A DNA stretch of 64,000 nt, taken from sequence record NC_016571.1. One strand, given 5' to 3'. The translations under genes and the position numbers were made by a program. Below, piece by piece: positions 36,672-44,960 of this stretch. Every line of letters starts with the position of its first letter. The stretch's first letter is position 1. The notes under the pieces are model-generated. The model was not told the DNA's origin. It did no database searches and was given only the letters and a program-made list of their open reading frames with translations.

Positions 36672-37381
36672 TGAACCAGACCTTTTATAAGGTAAACACC
36701 TTCGCATCTCCACTTTCTTATTCGCTGATTTTGGCTGCTGATGAACGTGGCGGGATTGGGCTTGATAATGACCTCCCGTGGAAACTGGCAGGCGTTAACA
36801 ATAAGTCAGATATGCAATGGTTCCGTGATAAGACCAAAGGTAAGATCATCATCATGGGATATAACACCTGGGTGAGCATCGGCCGTAAACCTTTACCAGG
36901 TCGTTACAACGTGATCATTACTGAAAAGCACTATGACGAAGTCGGTAGTGATTTAAAGGCATGGGGTGAGGAATACTACAAAACAGAAAAGGGTCAAGCT
37001 TCACCGATTCACTCGGCTGTGTGTAAATCCCCTAGCCTTGCTGTCGCGTACCTTGAAAATACCTTAGGTTACGCAACCCGTGGTGGCGAGGTAATGGTTA
37101 TCGGTGGTGCTCGTATCTATGAAGCTTTCATGGAGTACGCATCCCGCATTTATCTGACCACTTTCGAAGGTGAGTTCAAAGCGGACACATTTGTTAAACT
37201 GGATCTAACTGATTTCGAATTACGGTACCGTGATACCATGGGAGTACTGGATCCTAAGTTTGAGATTTGGGATGTTACTGAGCAGGTTGCAAAACGTCCA
37301 GATTCAGAGATCATTCAAATCTCTTATGGTCTCAAAGAAGCCACAGGTTGGGTTGCTGATATTGTTAAGGATAAAGAATAA
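36671..37381 (+). CDS. dfr: Dihydrofolate reductase (with insertion)
   Basis: ILAADERGGIG.DN.LPW, DMQWFRDKT, IIMGYNTW.SI...PLPGR.N, VIGGA.IY. Confidence 0.95.
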   Translation: MNQTFYKVNTFASPLSYSLILAADERGGIGLDNDLPWKLAGVNNKSDMQWFRDKTKGKIIIMGYNTWVSIGRKPLPGRYNVIITEKHYDEVGSDLKAWGEEYYKTEKGQASPIHSAVCKSPSLAVAYLENTLGYATRGGEVMVIGGARIYEAFMEYASRIYLTTFEGEFKADTFVKLDLTDFELRYRDTMGVLDPKFEIWDVTEQVAKRPDSEIIQISYGLKEATGWVADIVKDKE

Positions 37382-37590
37382 TGTTTGTTATTCCAAATGA
37401 GCACGTTACTGCTGTAAAGGCAGATGAAATCTTTATCGTCTCTAAAATGGGACATGGGCGTGCTTCCTTGTGTGGAAGTAAACTCACTCTGGATGTTCCA
37501 GGTGAGGGACTGTATCTGGGAATGCGCTTTACGGCTACCGCCAACAACAGGGTTATTCCTGTGAGTAAAAAGAAGCCATTGTTTAAATGA
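37381..37590 (+). CDS. Small hypothetical protein
   Basis: TAATG coupling to dfr. Confidence 0.6.
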   Translation: MFVIPNEHVTAVKADEIFIVSKMGHGRASLCGSKLTLDVPGEGLYLGMRFTATANNRVIPVSKKKPLFK

Positions 37591-37598
37591 TAGTTGGG

Positions 37599-37618
37599 TG
37601 GGGAGCTTCGGCTCCTCA
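37599..37618 (+). terminator. Intrinsic terminator (UUCG loop)
   Basis: TGGGGAGC-ttcg-GCTCCTCA then TCCTTTTT. Confidence 0.8.
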
Positions 37619-37641
37619 TCCTTTTTGTCTTCCTTATTATT

Positions 37642-37669
37642 TTTCGGACAGATATTATCATCGTGTATA
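37642..37669 (+). promoter_or_regulatory. Putative early promoter, copy 4
   Basis: TTTCGGACAGATATTATCATCGTGTATA. Confidence 0.75.
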
Positions 37670-37702
37670 AGCTCAATAAAATTTTAATCTAAGGGTAATG
37701 AG

Positions 37703-37918
37703 ATGGAAAAGTTAGTCAACATTTTAGCGAGTCGTGGAGTTCTGATTACACTGGCGATTCTCATCGTGGTGATCAAGGGCGGAATGGCTGTATTCAGTAA
37801 TCAGGGATTTAGTCTGGCTGACTTTGGTATTGGCGGGGTCTGGGCTTTCACTATTTACTGTGTTCTTAAATTCGCTGTTAATTTCGCTAAAGGGTATATC
37901 ACTGGTAAAAGAGGATAA
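37703..37918 (+). CDS. Small 2-TM membrane protein
   Basis: Two hydrophobic helices. Confidence 0.7.
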   Translation: MEKLVNILASRGVLITLAILIVVIKGGMAVFSNQGFSLADFGIGGVWAFTIYCVLKFAVNFAKGYITGKRG

Positions 37919-37919
37919 C

Positions 37920-38576
37920 ATGTCCGAAGTTAAAGAAGTGGTTGAAAAGAAAGAACCTATAATCGCAGAAATTTCCATAAACAAGTCATTCAATCATGAT
38001 GACATTGTGACCCTGACCGAAACAATCAGAAAAGGTGTGGATAGCTTCGACACGCTTATCTTCTATATGAATAGCATGGGCGGTCAAATCAACACAGGTC
38101 TGGTATTCCGCGATATCGTCAATTCCTGGGATAAGAAAATAGTTTATATTTCTGAACTATTGAATGCCAGTTTGGCGACTGCACTTCCCCAATGCGGTGA
38201 TGTATTGCGTCTAGCTTATCCGACTTCCAGATTTATGCTACATGACAGCACTTATACCTATAAAGGTACACGAGCCGATGTAGCTAACCAAATGGAATAT
38301 ACCAGTCATGCCGATGACGTGTGGGATAATGCCTACATGGAAGGCATTGGGTTGACCAAGAAGGAATATGCCAAACTAGTTGCTTTCGATAACGTTATGT
38401 ATGCCAACAAGTTCATGATGTTGGGAACTAAAGGTGGCATCGATGGAATGATTCTTAAGCGACTCAATGTTGCCCAATATGTTTGTAATACGCGTACGGG
38501 TATCAAAATGATTGACGTTCGTTATCATACCCGCAACGATGTTCCTAATTTGCCCTTGTATAAAGAAGGTGAATGA
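37920..38576 (+). CDS. ClpP-like serine protease
   Basis: YMNSMGG..NTG (ClpP INSPGG), NASLA (catalytic Ser), RFMLHD (His), FDNVMYA (Asp; cf. RDNFMSA). GAGGA RBS before MSEVKE. Confidence 0.8.
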   Translation: MSEVKEVVEKKEPIIAEISINKSFNHDDIVTLTETIRKGVDSFDTLIFYMNSMGGQINTGLVFRDIVNSWDKKIVYISELLNASLATALPQCGDVLRLAYPTSRFMLHDSTYTYKGTRADVANQMEYTSHADDVWDNAYMEGIGLTKKEYAKLVAFDNVMYANKFMMLGTKGGIDGMILKRLNVAQYVCNTRTGIKMIDVRYHTRNDVPNLPLYKEGE

Positions 38577-39145
38577 TGGAACTACTTCACTGGTTAGCTG
38601 AACATCGAGTAGTGATTATTACCTCAATCTCCGCTTATCTACTGCTGGGTGTATTCTCACTCAGGTGGACGATAATGGGGCTGATTGGTTATCACAACGA
38701 TCCCAAGGGTAACTGGATGCTACTGGTGTTCATCGTTCTTTGGTGGATACCTGCCGGTTATCTTTTATGGGCTGTTATTTGCGGATATCTAAATAGCAAG
38801 TTCGAACCCAATAACAAAGTTAAAGTAGTCGAACAGTCAAATCAACCAACTCTCTTTGTTTGTGTTGGTAAGGGAGGGAACTATGAAGCTCTCGGATTTG
38901 GCACCCCATTAGGTTCCATGGCTATTGCTCCAAATGACTTAATGTACTTTGGGCTATCGCTGGGAGCCGGTACATGTCGAGATGAGAAACTGTCAGTCTA
39001 TGCAGCAGATCAGCTCGGCGTGTTTTATTATGAAGGTTCAGTCACCAATGATGAGAAGCGAGTCTTCTACATAGATGTCGGGACCAACAAAATGTATCAC
39101 AGAACTACCACAGATTTCTCACAACGCATGAAGCGTATTAAGTAA
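38573..39145 (+). CDS. Membrane-anchored protein with a C-terminal DUF1653-like domain
   Basis: Two N-terminal TM helices; KGGNYEALG...VY...MYHR...DF..R pattern recalls DUF1653. Confidence 0.55.
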   Translation: MMELLHWLAEHRVVIITSISAYLLLGVFSLRWTIMGLIGYHNDPKGNWMLLVFIVLWWIPAGYLLWAVICGYLNSKFEPNNKVKVVEQSNQPTLFVCVGKGGNYEALGFGTPLGSMAIAPNDLMYFGLSLGAGTCRDEKLSVYAADQLGVFYYEGSVTNDEKRVFYIDVGTNKMYHRTTTDFSQRMKRIK

Positions 39146-39192
39146 TCTGTTAACCAACCTCATTCATATCACCTATAGAAAGGAAATAACAA

Positions 39193-40755
39193 ATGTCTTC
39201 CATGTTAACTGAAATCTCTTTCACCAACAAAAACGACACCCGTGAAATCGTTGATGAAGTCGTAGAGAATGCATTTAGCTCTGTTTGTTCCACGATGGGT
39301 CCTAACGGGAACTACGTGGTGATCAACCAGCTTAACAGTCCGAAGGTAACTAAGGATGGTGTATCGGTAGCAAGAGCGCTGGACTTCAATGAAGCCCGTC
39401 GCAACATGATCGCTAAGATCATTACTGAACCGTCAATTAAAACCGATGCTGAAGTAGGTGATGGTACAACTACAACTGTGTTCATCACTTATCACCTGTA
39501 TCAGAAATTCAAAGACGCAATGTCGTTTGCAAATACCCGTTATCTGGATACCCTGATCAAACAGGTACTTCAGTATATCGGTACTCTGATTCAACCAGGT
39601 GAAATCGAAAGCGAAATGTTCCGCAACATGTTGCTGACTTCCTCTAACTATGAAGAAGAGATCGTTGATAAGATTCTGGATATCTATCGCGAACATAAGA
39701 ACCCGAACATCCATCTGGAAAAATCTCCGATGCTTCCAGCGGACGAAGTGAAGATGACCAAAGAAATCTATTTCGAAGGTTCCTTCCCAATTGAAACTCA
39801 GGTTCCAGCAAACGGCGCATATGTAGTCGGACCAGAGAAAGTCGGTGTAGTTTTGATCGATGGCTCTATCCGAGCTTATCCAACCCAGCTGATCAATGCA
39901 TTACTGAATCGTTTCATTGATAACCCTGTTGTTCTGATGGCTCGTAACTTTGAACCTGAAGTGATCGCTGCTATCAATAACGAAAACCAACGTCTGGGTA
40001 CCAGTCGTATCTTCGCTTATAAAGTGAATGCGGCAGGTCTGTTGGGCGCAGGCACAATCGATGATCTGGGTCGTCTTCTGAACATCGGTCCAGTATTCGA
40101 CGTCAACTCTGTTGATCCGGCTCTGGTGAAATATAACGACGTTACTCTGTGGTTGGGGCGTAAAGGGATCCTGCTGGATAAGTCTATTGAGGAGGTTGAG
40201 TCTCGTGCTGATTCTATCCTTGAAGGTCTGGATAACCGTTATGAAGCTCTGGGTATCATTGAGCGTCAAACACCGATCGGTCGTGAGTTGAATCGTCGTA
40301 TTGGTCGACTGCGTGCTAATAACGTGACCATCAAAGTAACTGGCGTAACTGTTTCTGATGCGTCCGAACGTTGGGCTCGTTATGAAGACGTTATGAAAGC
40401 AGCGCGTACCGGACAACAGTTTGGTGTGATCCCAGGTATCGGTTATGGCTATCTGATGGCTTCCAAATGGCTTGAGGCGAACGTTCCGCAACAATCTGAT
40501 GAGAAGCTTGAGAAATGTCGTATCGGCTTGATTGAAGTGTTACGTGCGCAATATGAGCACTTGACAGGTCATGACGGTAGTGCAGAAAACCCAATCTTTA
40601 TCGATCTGGTAACAGGACAGGAATCGGATACTCCGATGAATGTATACGATAACGCAGCGGCTACTATGATCGCTCTCGAAGGTGCTTGGCAAACCGCTAA
40701 GACCTTAGGTAAGATCAGTAACGTTATGGGTCGTTCTAATACAAACTACGCATAA
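39193..40755 (+). CDS. groEL: Phage-encoded GroEL-like chaperonin
   Basis: TMGPNG, VTKDGVSVA, GDGTTT, RYEDVMKA (D398-equivalent), GVIPG.G; no GGM tail. Confidence 0.95.
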   Translation: MSSMLTEISFTNKNDTREIVDEVVENAFSSVCSTMGPNGNYVVINQLNSPKVTKDGVSVARALDFNEARRNMIAKIITEPSIKTDAEVGDGTTTTVFITYHLYQKFKDAMSFANTRYLDTLIKQVLQYIGTLIQPGEIESEMFRNMLLTSSNYEEEIVDKILDIYREHKNPNIHLEKSPMLPADEVKMTKEIYFEGSFPIETQVPANGAYVVGPEKVGVVLIDGSIRAYPTQLINALLNRFIDNPVVLMARNFEPEVIAAINNENQRLGTSRIFAYKVNAAGLLGAGTIDDLGRLLNIGPVFDVNSVDPALVKYNDVTLWLGRKGILLDKSIEEVESRADSILEGLDNRYEALGIIERQTPIGRELNRRIGRLRANNVTIKVTGVTVSDASERWARYEDVMKAARTGQQFGVIPGIGYGYLMASKWLEANVPQQSDEKLEKCRIGLIEVLRAQYEHLTGHDGSAENPIFIDLVTGQESDTPMNVYDNAAATMIALEGAWQTAKTLGKISNVMGRSNTNYA

Positions 40756-40757
40756 TG

Positions 40758-40789
40758 GAGCTGGCCCGGGGGAAACCTCGGGTCGGCTT
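40758..40789 (+). terminator. Intrinsic terminator after groEL (GAAA loop)
   Basis: GAGCTGGCCCGGGG-gaaa-CCTCGGGTCGGCTT followed by a T-rich tract. Confidence 0.75.
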
Positions 40790-40821
40790 TATCTCTCACC
40801 TTTCTTTTTCTTTAAGTTAAT

Positions 40822-41106
40822 ATGAATAGTTCAAACGTTCGTCAACTACTTAAGCAGCATTTGGAAGCAGACGACTTCATGGTTCAAGTGTACCTGAACA
40901 ACAAGGATCCAGGCTTAAAGAATGAAGCGTTTTATTTATGCTTCCCTGTAGACTGTTCGGTAGATATTTTCAGAGTAGAAGGGAATCACTTAACTTATCA
41001 CAAGAAGGAATTAAGCTCTGACTTAGAGACCGATGATATTGAGCTTCACTGCTTATATATCGAGGAACATCATGCAGTCGAAAATAAAACTCAGGTGGGT
41101 ACTTAG
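40822..41106 (+). CDS. Hypothetical protein
   Basis: Fills the gap; weak RBS. Confidence 0.55.
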   Translation: MNSSNVRQLLKQHLEADDFMVQVYLNNKDPGLKNEAFYLCFPVDCSVDIFRVEGNHLTYHKKELSSDLETDDIELHCLYIEEHHAVENKTQVGT

Positions 41107-41127
41107 CTTAACCGAAGGAGTTTCACC

Positions 41128-41406
41128 ATGAACATGAAGAAGATAGCTGCGGCGAAGAGTGGGGGTAGAAAACTTCTGTTGAAGTCAGATACGTTGTTCC
41201 CTCTCATCTTCATGCTTATCGTGGTAACCTACGCTCTATCCCATGGTTACAGGATGTTTGCTGTTTTCAGTATGGGGTTGATCGTAGCAAGGATTGGGGA
41301 GATTATCTTTGAGATAAAGAGTAGTCTTTTCGATAAACCTTTTTTCCACTGTCTGTTGCTAATTGGAATTCCACTACAATACGGATGGAATGTGATTACC
41401 AACTAA
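41128..41406 (+). CDS. Small multi-pass membrane protein
   Basis: AAGGAG RBS; 3 hydrophobic segments. Confidence 0.7.
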   Translation: MNMKKIAAAKSGGRKLLLKSDTLFPLIFMLIVVTYALSHGYRMFAVFSMGLIVARIGEIIFEIKSSLFDKPFFHCLLLIGIPLQYGWNVITN

Positions 41407-41423
41407 ACAAGGGCAGGACTTGC

Positions 41424-42044
41424 ATGGCATCTCTTTACTTTTATTTCAGCACGATGAATGCTGGGAAATCAACGGGACTGTTACAGGCTAACTACAACTA
41501 CGGCGAGCGTGAGCTTGGAACGTTAGTTATGAAACCTGGAATTGATGACCGTGAGAACGGCGCTATTATCAAATCACGTATTGGGCTGGAATCACCTTGC
41601 CTGATGTTTGGTAAGGATGAGAATCTTTATGATCTTGTCTATGACCGAATTAAGGCGGGTGAAGAAATTAACTGTGTATTAATTGACGAAGCACAATTCA
41701 TGGAACCTATCCAGGTCACTCAGCTTGGGATGGTTGTGGATTGTCTTAAAGTCCCAGTGATGTGTTATGGTCTCCGTACTGATTTCCGTGGGGAACTTTT
41801 CCCCGGTAGTGCTAAGTTAATGGCTATCGCTAACGACATGTTCGAAGTGAGAACCATTTGTTGGTGCGGTAAACGTGCTCAACAAGTCCTGCGTCTTGAT
41901 GACCAGGGTAAGGTTATCCGTGAGGGCGATGTTGTCGTCACAGGGGGTAATGAGCGATACGTTTCTGTATGTCGTGAACATCATCGGTTAGGGATTATCC
42001 GCAAGGCTTCTAAAGTCAAGCAGATTCATTTCCACGAAAATTGA
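41424..42044 (+). CDS. tdk: Thymidine kinase (TK1-type)
   Basis: STMNAGKST, DEAQF, YGLRTDF, CWCG...YVSVCR Zn motif; closely follows E. coli Tdk. Confidence 0.97.
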   Translation: MASLYFYFSTMNAGKSTGLLQANYNYGERELGTLVMKPGIDDRENGAIIKSRIGLESPCLMFGKDENLYDLVYDRIKAGEEINCVLIDEAQFMEPIQVTQLGMVVDCLKVPVMCYGLRTDFRGELFPGSAKLMAIANDMFEVRTICWCGKRAQQVLRLDDQGKVIREGDVVVTGGNERYVSVCREHHRLGIIRKASKVKQIHFHEN

Positions 42045-42067
42045 GATCGATATTATCTAAGTGTATA
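42041..42067 (+). promoter_or_regulatory. Putative early promoter, copy 5
   Basis: TTGAGATCGATATTATCTAAGTGTATA, overlapping the tdk stop. Confidence 0.7.
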
Positions 42068-42097
42068 GAACATAAACTATTTACTTGGAGATATATC

Positions 42098-42496
42098 ATG
42101 AGCGACGTATATAAAGAAGCAGTAGCTGGCGGTATCCGTGGCGCAGCATCTTACCTGGCTGATAAAGTTACAGGCAAGAAAACAGTTGAACCTGAAGTTG
42201 AATTAACTTTAGAAGAAATGGCTGACCACAAACGCAATGCCAAGAAAAACTACCGTGGTGGTTGTATTGGTGTGGCTGGTGCAGTACTCCTGGAACTGAT
42301 GTCTCCTACTGGTTCTAAGACTTCAGCATTAGCCGCTGGCTTGGCCGGTGCATTTGTACTACATCACTCTAAAGGTGTCCTGGATGCGGCTCCGCAGAAC
42401 ACTGTGATTGCTACTACAGCAGGTGCAAGCGCTGGTTGGATCTCTATGGTCGTTGGCCGTACAATGGCTTCCTACTTCCCTGGTAACGGTGAGTAA
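42098..42496 (+). CDS. Gly/Ala-rich (glycine-zipper-like) hydrophobic protein
   Basis: GGAG RBS; GGCIGVAGA, ALAAGLAGA and AGASAG...VVG repeats. Confidence 0.75.
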   Translation: MSDVYKEAVAGGIRGAASYLADKVTGKKTVEPEVELTLEEMADHKRNAKKNYRGGCIGVAGAVLLELMSPTGSKTSALAAGLAGAFVLHHSKGVLDAAPQNTVIATTAGASAGWISMVVGRTMASYFPGNGE

Positions 42497-42502
42497 TAGA
42501 AC

Positions 42503-42522
42503 TGGCTACCTTCGGGTAGCCA
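42503..42522 (+). terminator. Terminator hairpin (CTAC/GTAG family)
   Basis: TGGCTACC-ttcg-GGTAGCCA followed by a long T tract. Confidence 0.8.
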
Positions 42523-42562
42523 ACTTCTTATTCTTATTTTTTTTTCTGTTCAAAGGTGCAAC

Positions 42563-42853
42563 ATGAAGATATCACATAAGTTAAGGGTGCTAATCTTATT
42601 GTTGGGTTTGGGAGTTACTTTTGTTGTATTAGGTAAAACAATCAAGCGTCATTATACTGATGCCCAGCTGATGCAACATTGTATTAACGTAAACAAAGGA
42701 GACATACTTCCCTACCCTGAAGGATGTATGAAACCTATTCGGATAAAGAACGACATATTCGAATTCATTAACGTTAATGGGCAAAAGGAAATGTATGTTG
42801 TTATAAAAATGAGAGATAGTACATTTCGTTATGCCAAGGTAAGAAATTCATAA
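42563..42853 (+). CDS. N-terminally membrane-anchored protein
   Basis: Basic N-terminus and a single TM helix, then a soluble domain with 2 Cys. Confidence 0.65.
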   Translation: MKISHKLRVLILLLGLGVTFVVLGKTIKRHYTDAQLMQHCINVNKGDILPYPEGCMKPIRIKNDIFEFINVNGQKEMYVVIKMRDSTFRYAKVRNS

Positions 42854-42914
42854 TTATCCTATGAAAGGTAATTTAAGCAGTTCCACTTTCTTTGCAATCA
42901 TGGAAATATAAACA

Positions 42915-43804
42915 ATGCCAACTTTGAAAACTCCTTTTCAGTACCTGCTTGATCTGACCGGTGCGTCTCGCATCAAAGCAGCTAAAGCAACTGGTGATGC
43001 AGCTGCTATCGCCAAAGCTGAACGTTTCTATCTGGGTCTGGATGAATCTGAATGTGAGTTCACTACTCCATGGCAGAATCCACTGGCCGGTAACAAATGG
43101 CAGGTTGATGTCACCGTTCGTACTCGTGGCTTCAAAATCCCTGGCCTGCGTTTCAACACCGGTACCCTGTCTCCAATGATCCGTCCTGGTGCAAACATCA
43201 TGGCTAACAAATCCTCTCTGGATCTGTCTACCGTGACTGGACTGTATCACGTTTATGAAAGTGATGCTGATCACCTGCTGATTCACCCGAACAGCAATAT
43301 CTACGAAGCCCTGAAAATGACCGGCTTTGTATTTGACACTTCTGCCTTTGAAGTGACCTGGTATCCAGAACGTGATAAAGATCAGAAAGCTGATGGCTAC
43401 GTTGATGTTAAACATCCGGTAGTTGCAGGTCGTCTGTTCCTGTCAGTAGTTCAGCGTGAAGTCTCTGGCGCACCTAACGTTCCTCCAGTTCTCCCGACTG
43501 ATGCTAAAAACATCATTGAAGGCAAGTCTGAAGAAACCGAGGTCCAGTTGGTGAAGGCATCCAGCTTCAAACCGTAGTCACTCAGGAAGGTGAAACCCTC
43601 CCTCCAGTCGATGAAAGCGTTGATGCTGAAACAGCTGCTATCCAGGCACTGTTGAATGAAGACAGCAAAAACGAAACCACTAAGCTGGCTGAAGACGCTG
43701 CGGACAAATCTGTAGCTGCTCAAGAAGCTGCTAAAGTTGTTCCTGCTCCTGCTCAGGAAGAAGCTCCGGCTGAAGCTCCTGTACAGCAGAAGAAAAAGAA
43801 ATAA
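42915..43804 (+). CDS. Putative virion protein, distant anchor-domain paralog; frame 0 stops at 43577 and a -1 frame continues as an Ala/Glu-rich tail to 43804
   Basis: RFYLGL..P..G...V.VR..GF weakly matches the anchor motif. The -1 frame GPVGEGIQLQTVVTQEG...APAEAPVQQKKKK has typical phage codon usage and ends just before a terminator. Confidence 0.65.
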
Positions 43805-43810
43805 TGTAAT

Positions 43811-43839
43811 CCCCTACCCCTCCGTAAGGAAGGGTAGGG
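43811..43839 (+). terminator. Terminator hairpin (CTAC/GTAG family; 29-mer identical to 62445..62473)
   Basis: CCCCTACCCCTCCGTAAGGAAGGGTAGGG then TTTTATGT. Confidence 0.8.
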
Positions 43840-43863
43840 TTTTATGTACTGTTGTAAAAAATT

Positions 43864-43886
43864 ATAAACAGATATTATTATGGTGT
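43864..43886 (+). promoter_or_regulatory. Putative early promoter, copy 6
   Basis: ATAAACAGATATTATTATGGTGT. Confidence 0.6.
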
Positions 43887-43928
43887 TGTAACAAACATAA
43901 ATTTATTAACCCACAGAAGGAAAAAGTG

Positions 43929-44423
43929 ATGTTTAATCTAATCAATACTGGTTCTTCCAAAGCTGATTACATTAATGCTGTAATTGCCGAAGTAGAGCGC
44001 ATCGCTGCATTGTCAAAAGAAGAAGCTTCCAAGGTAGGTAAGACGGCTACAATCAAACTGGTCCATGAAGTCCAGTTCGTTAAAACGGGTATCCGCTCCA
44101 ATGCACATATCCGCGCTAACACCACTTTCACTCGTGAGAATGGAAAGATTGATTGTCAGTCTGAAACTTTCGATCTGGAAGATGGTATTAATTACTCTCA
44201 TGATGTCTTTAACGAGATCATCGAGGATTGTACAGCTGCTGTTATCAACTGGATTGATATGGCGATAATCTGCGGTAATGACTTATCCCCTGATGACATT
44301 AACCACGAATTCCAGCAACGCCTAATTGTCGGATTACGTAGTGGCGGTGTATTTGAGAAAGTCACCAGCTCTGTAGTAGCATCTCAGGGGGTTATCCAGT
44401 CGGTAACCATTACGGTGGTATAA
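43929..44423 (+). CDS. Hypothetical protein (164 aa)
   Basis: AGAAGG RBS before MFNLIN; the track's extension to 43737 crosses a terminator and is unlikely. Confidence 0.75.
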   Translation: MFNLINTGSSKADYINAVIAEVERIAALSKEEASKVGKTATIKLVHEVQFVKTGIRSNAHIRANTTFTRENGKIDCQSETFDLEDGINYSHDVFNEIIEDCTAAVINWIDMAIICGNDLSPDDINHEFQQRLIVGLRSGGVFEKVTSSVVASQGVIQSVTITVV

Positions 44424-44960
44424 ATGGAATACAAACTTAGCCGGTACGGTGCCGTTTCCATGAATGGGGAAAACTTTGATGACCAGTCATTTACTGAGCC
44501 TCATGTCAAGTTGACTGTTCCTGGCGCAATTTCAGCGTGTACTGTAAAACTAGGTCCGTTGTTATATGTGACCACATTTTACCTTCGCGATGGTGAACAG
44601 CATTATGTAACGTTGTTTAAGTATCACGGTAAATGTAAACCACGTTGTGTAGAAATCAGTGAGCTTCTTGATATCCGATGTACCTCGGAAAAGAAACTCA
44701 TGATCTTTATCTTCGGTGTTCTATTAGGATTCGATCACGATCGTTTATCCAACCGGGACCGCAATACTTTACTGGCAGGTATTCGTTATAACCTTCCACC
44801 GGTATTTGTGGGGACAACTTTATTGCACGGTTTTGAACGTGGCTTTTATGTTAACAATGACCAACTGACGATCTTTACAAAAGTCAGTAAAGATGCGGGC
44901 GTTTTAATTCGCACAGGTTATTCTTTATTCTCTCGTAATATCAAGGACTCTTTAAAATGA
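44424..44960 (+). CDS. Hypothetical protein
   Basis: Abuts the previous stop. Confidence 0.7.
   Translation: MEYKLSRYGAVSMNGENFDDQSFTEPHVKLTVPGAISACTVKLGPLLYVTTFYLRDGEQHYVTLFKYHGKCKPRCVEISELLDIRCTSEKKLMIFIFGVLLGFDHDRLSNRDRNTLLAGIRYNLPPVFVGTTLLHGFERGFYVNNDQLTIFTKVSKDAGVLIRTGYSLFSRNIKDSLK

Noticed and set aside
43737-43928. N-terminal extension of the 228-aa ORF call
   Set aside because: It spans another frame's coding tail, a terminator and a promoter; the RBS supports the ATG at 43929.
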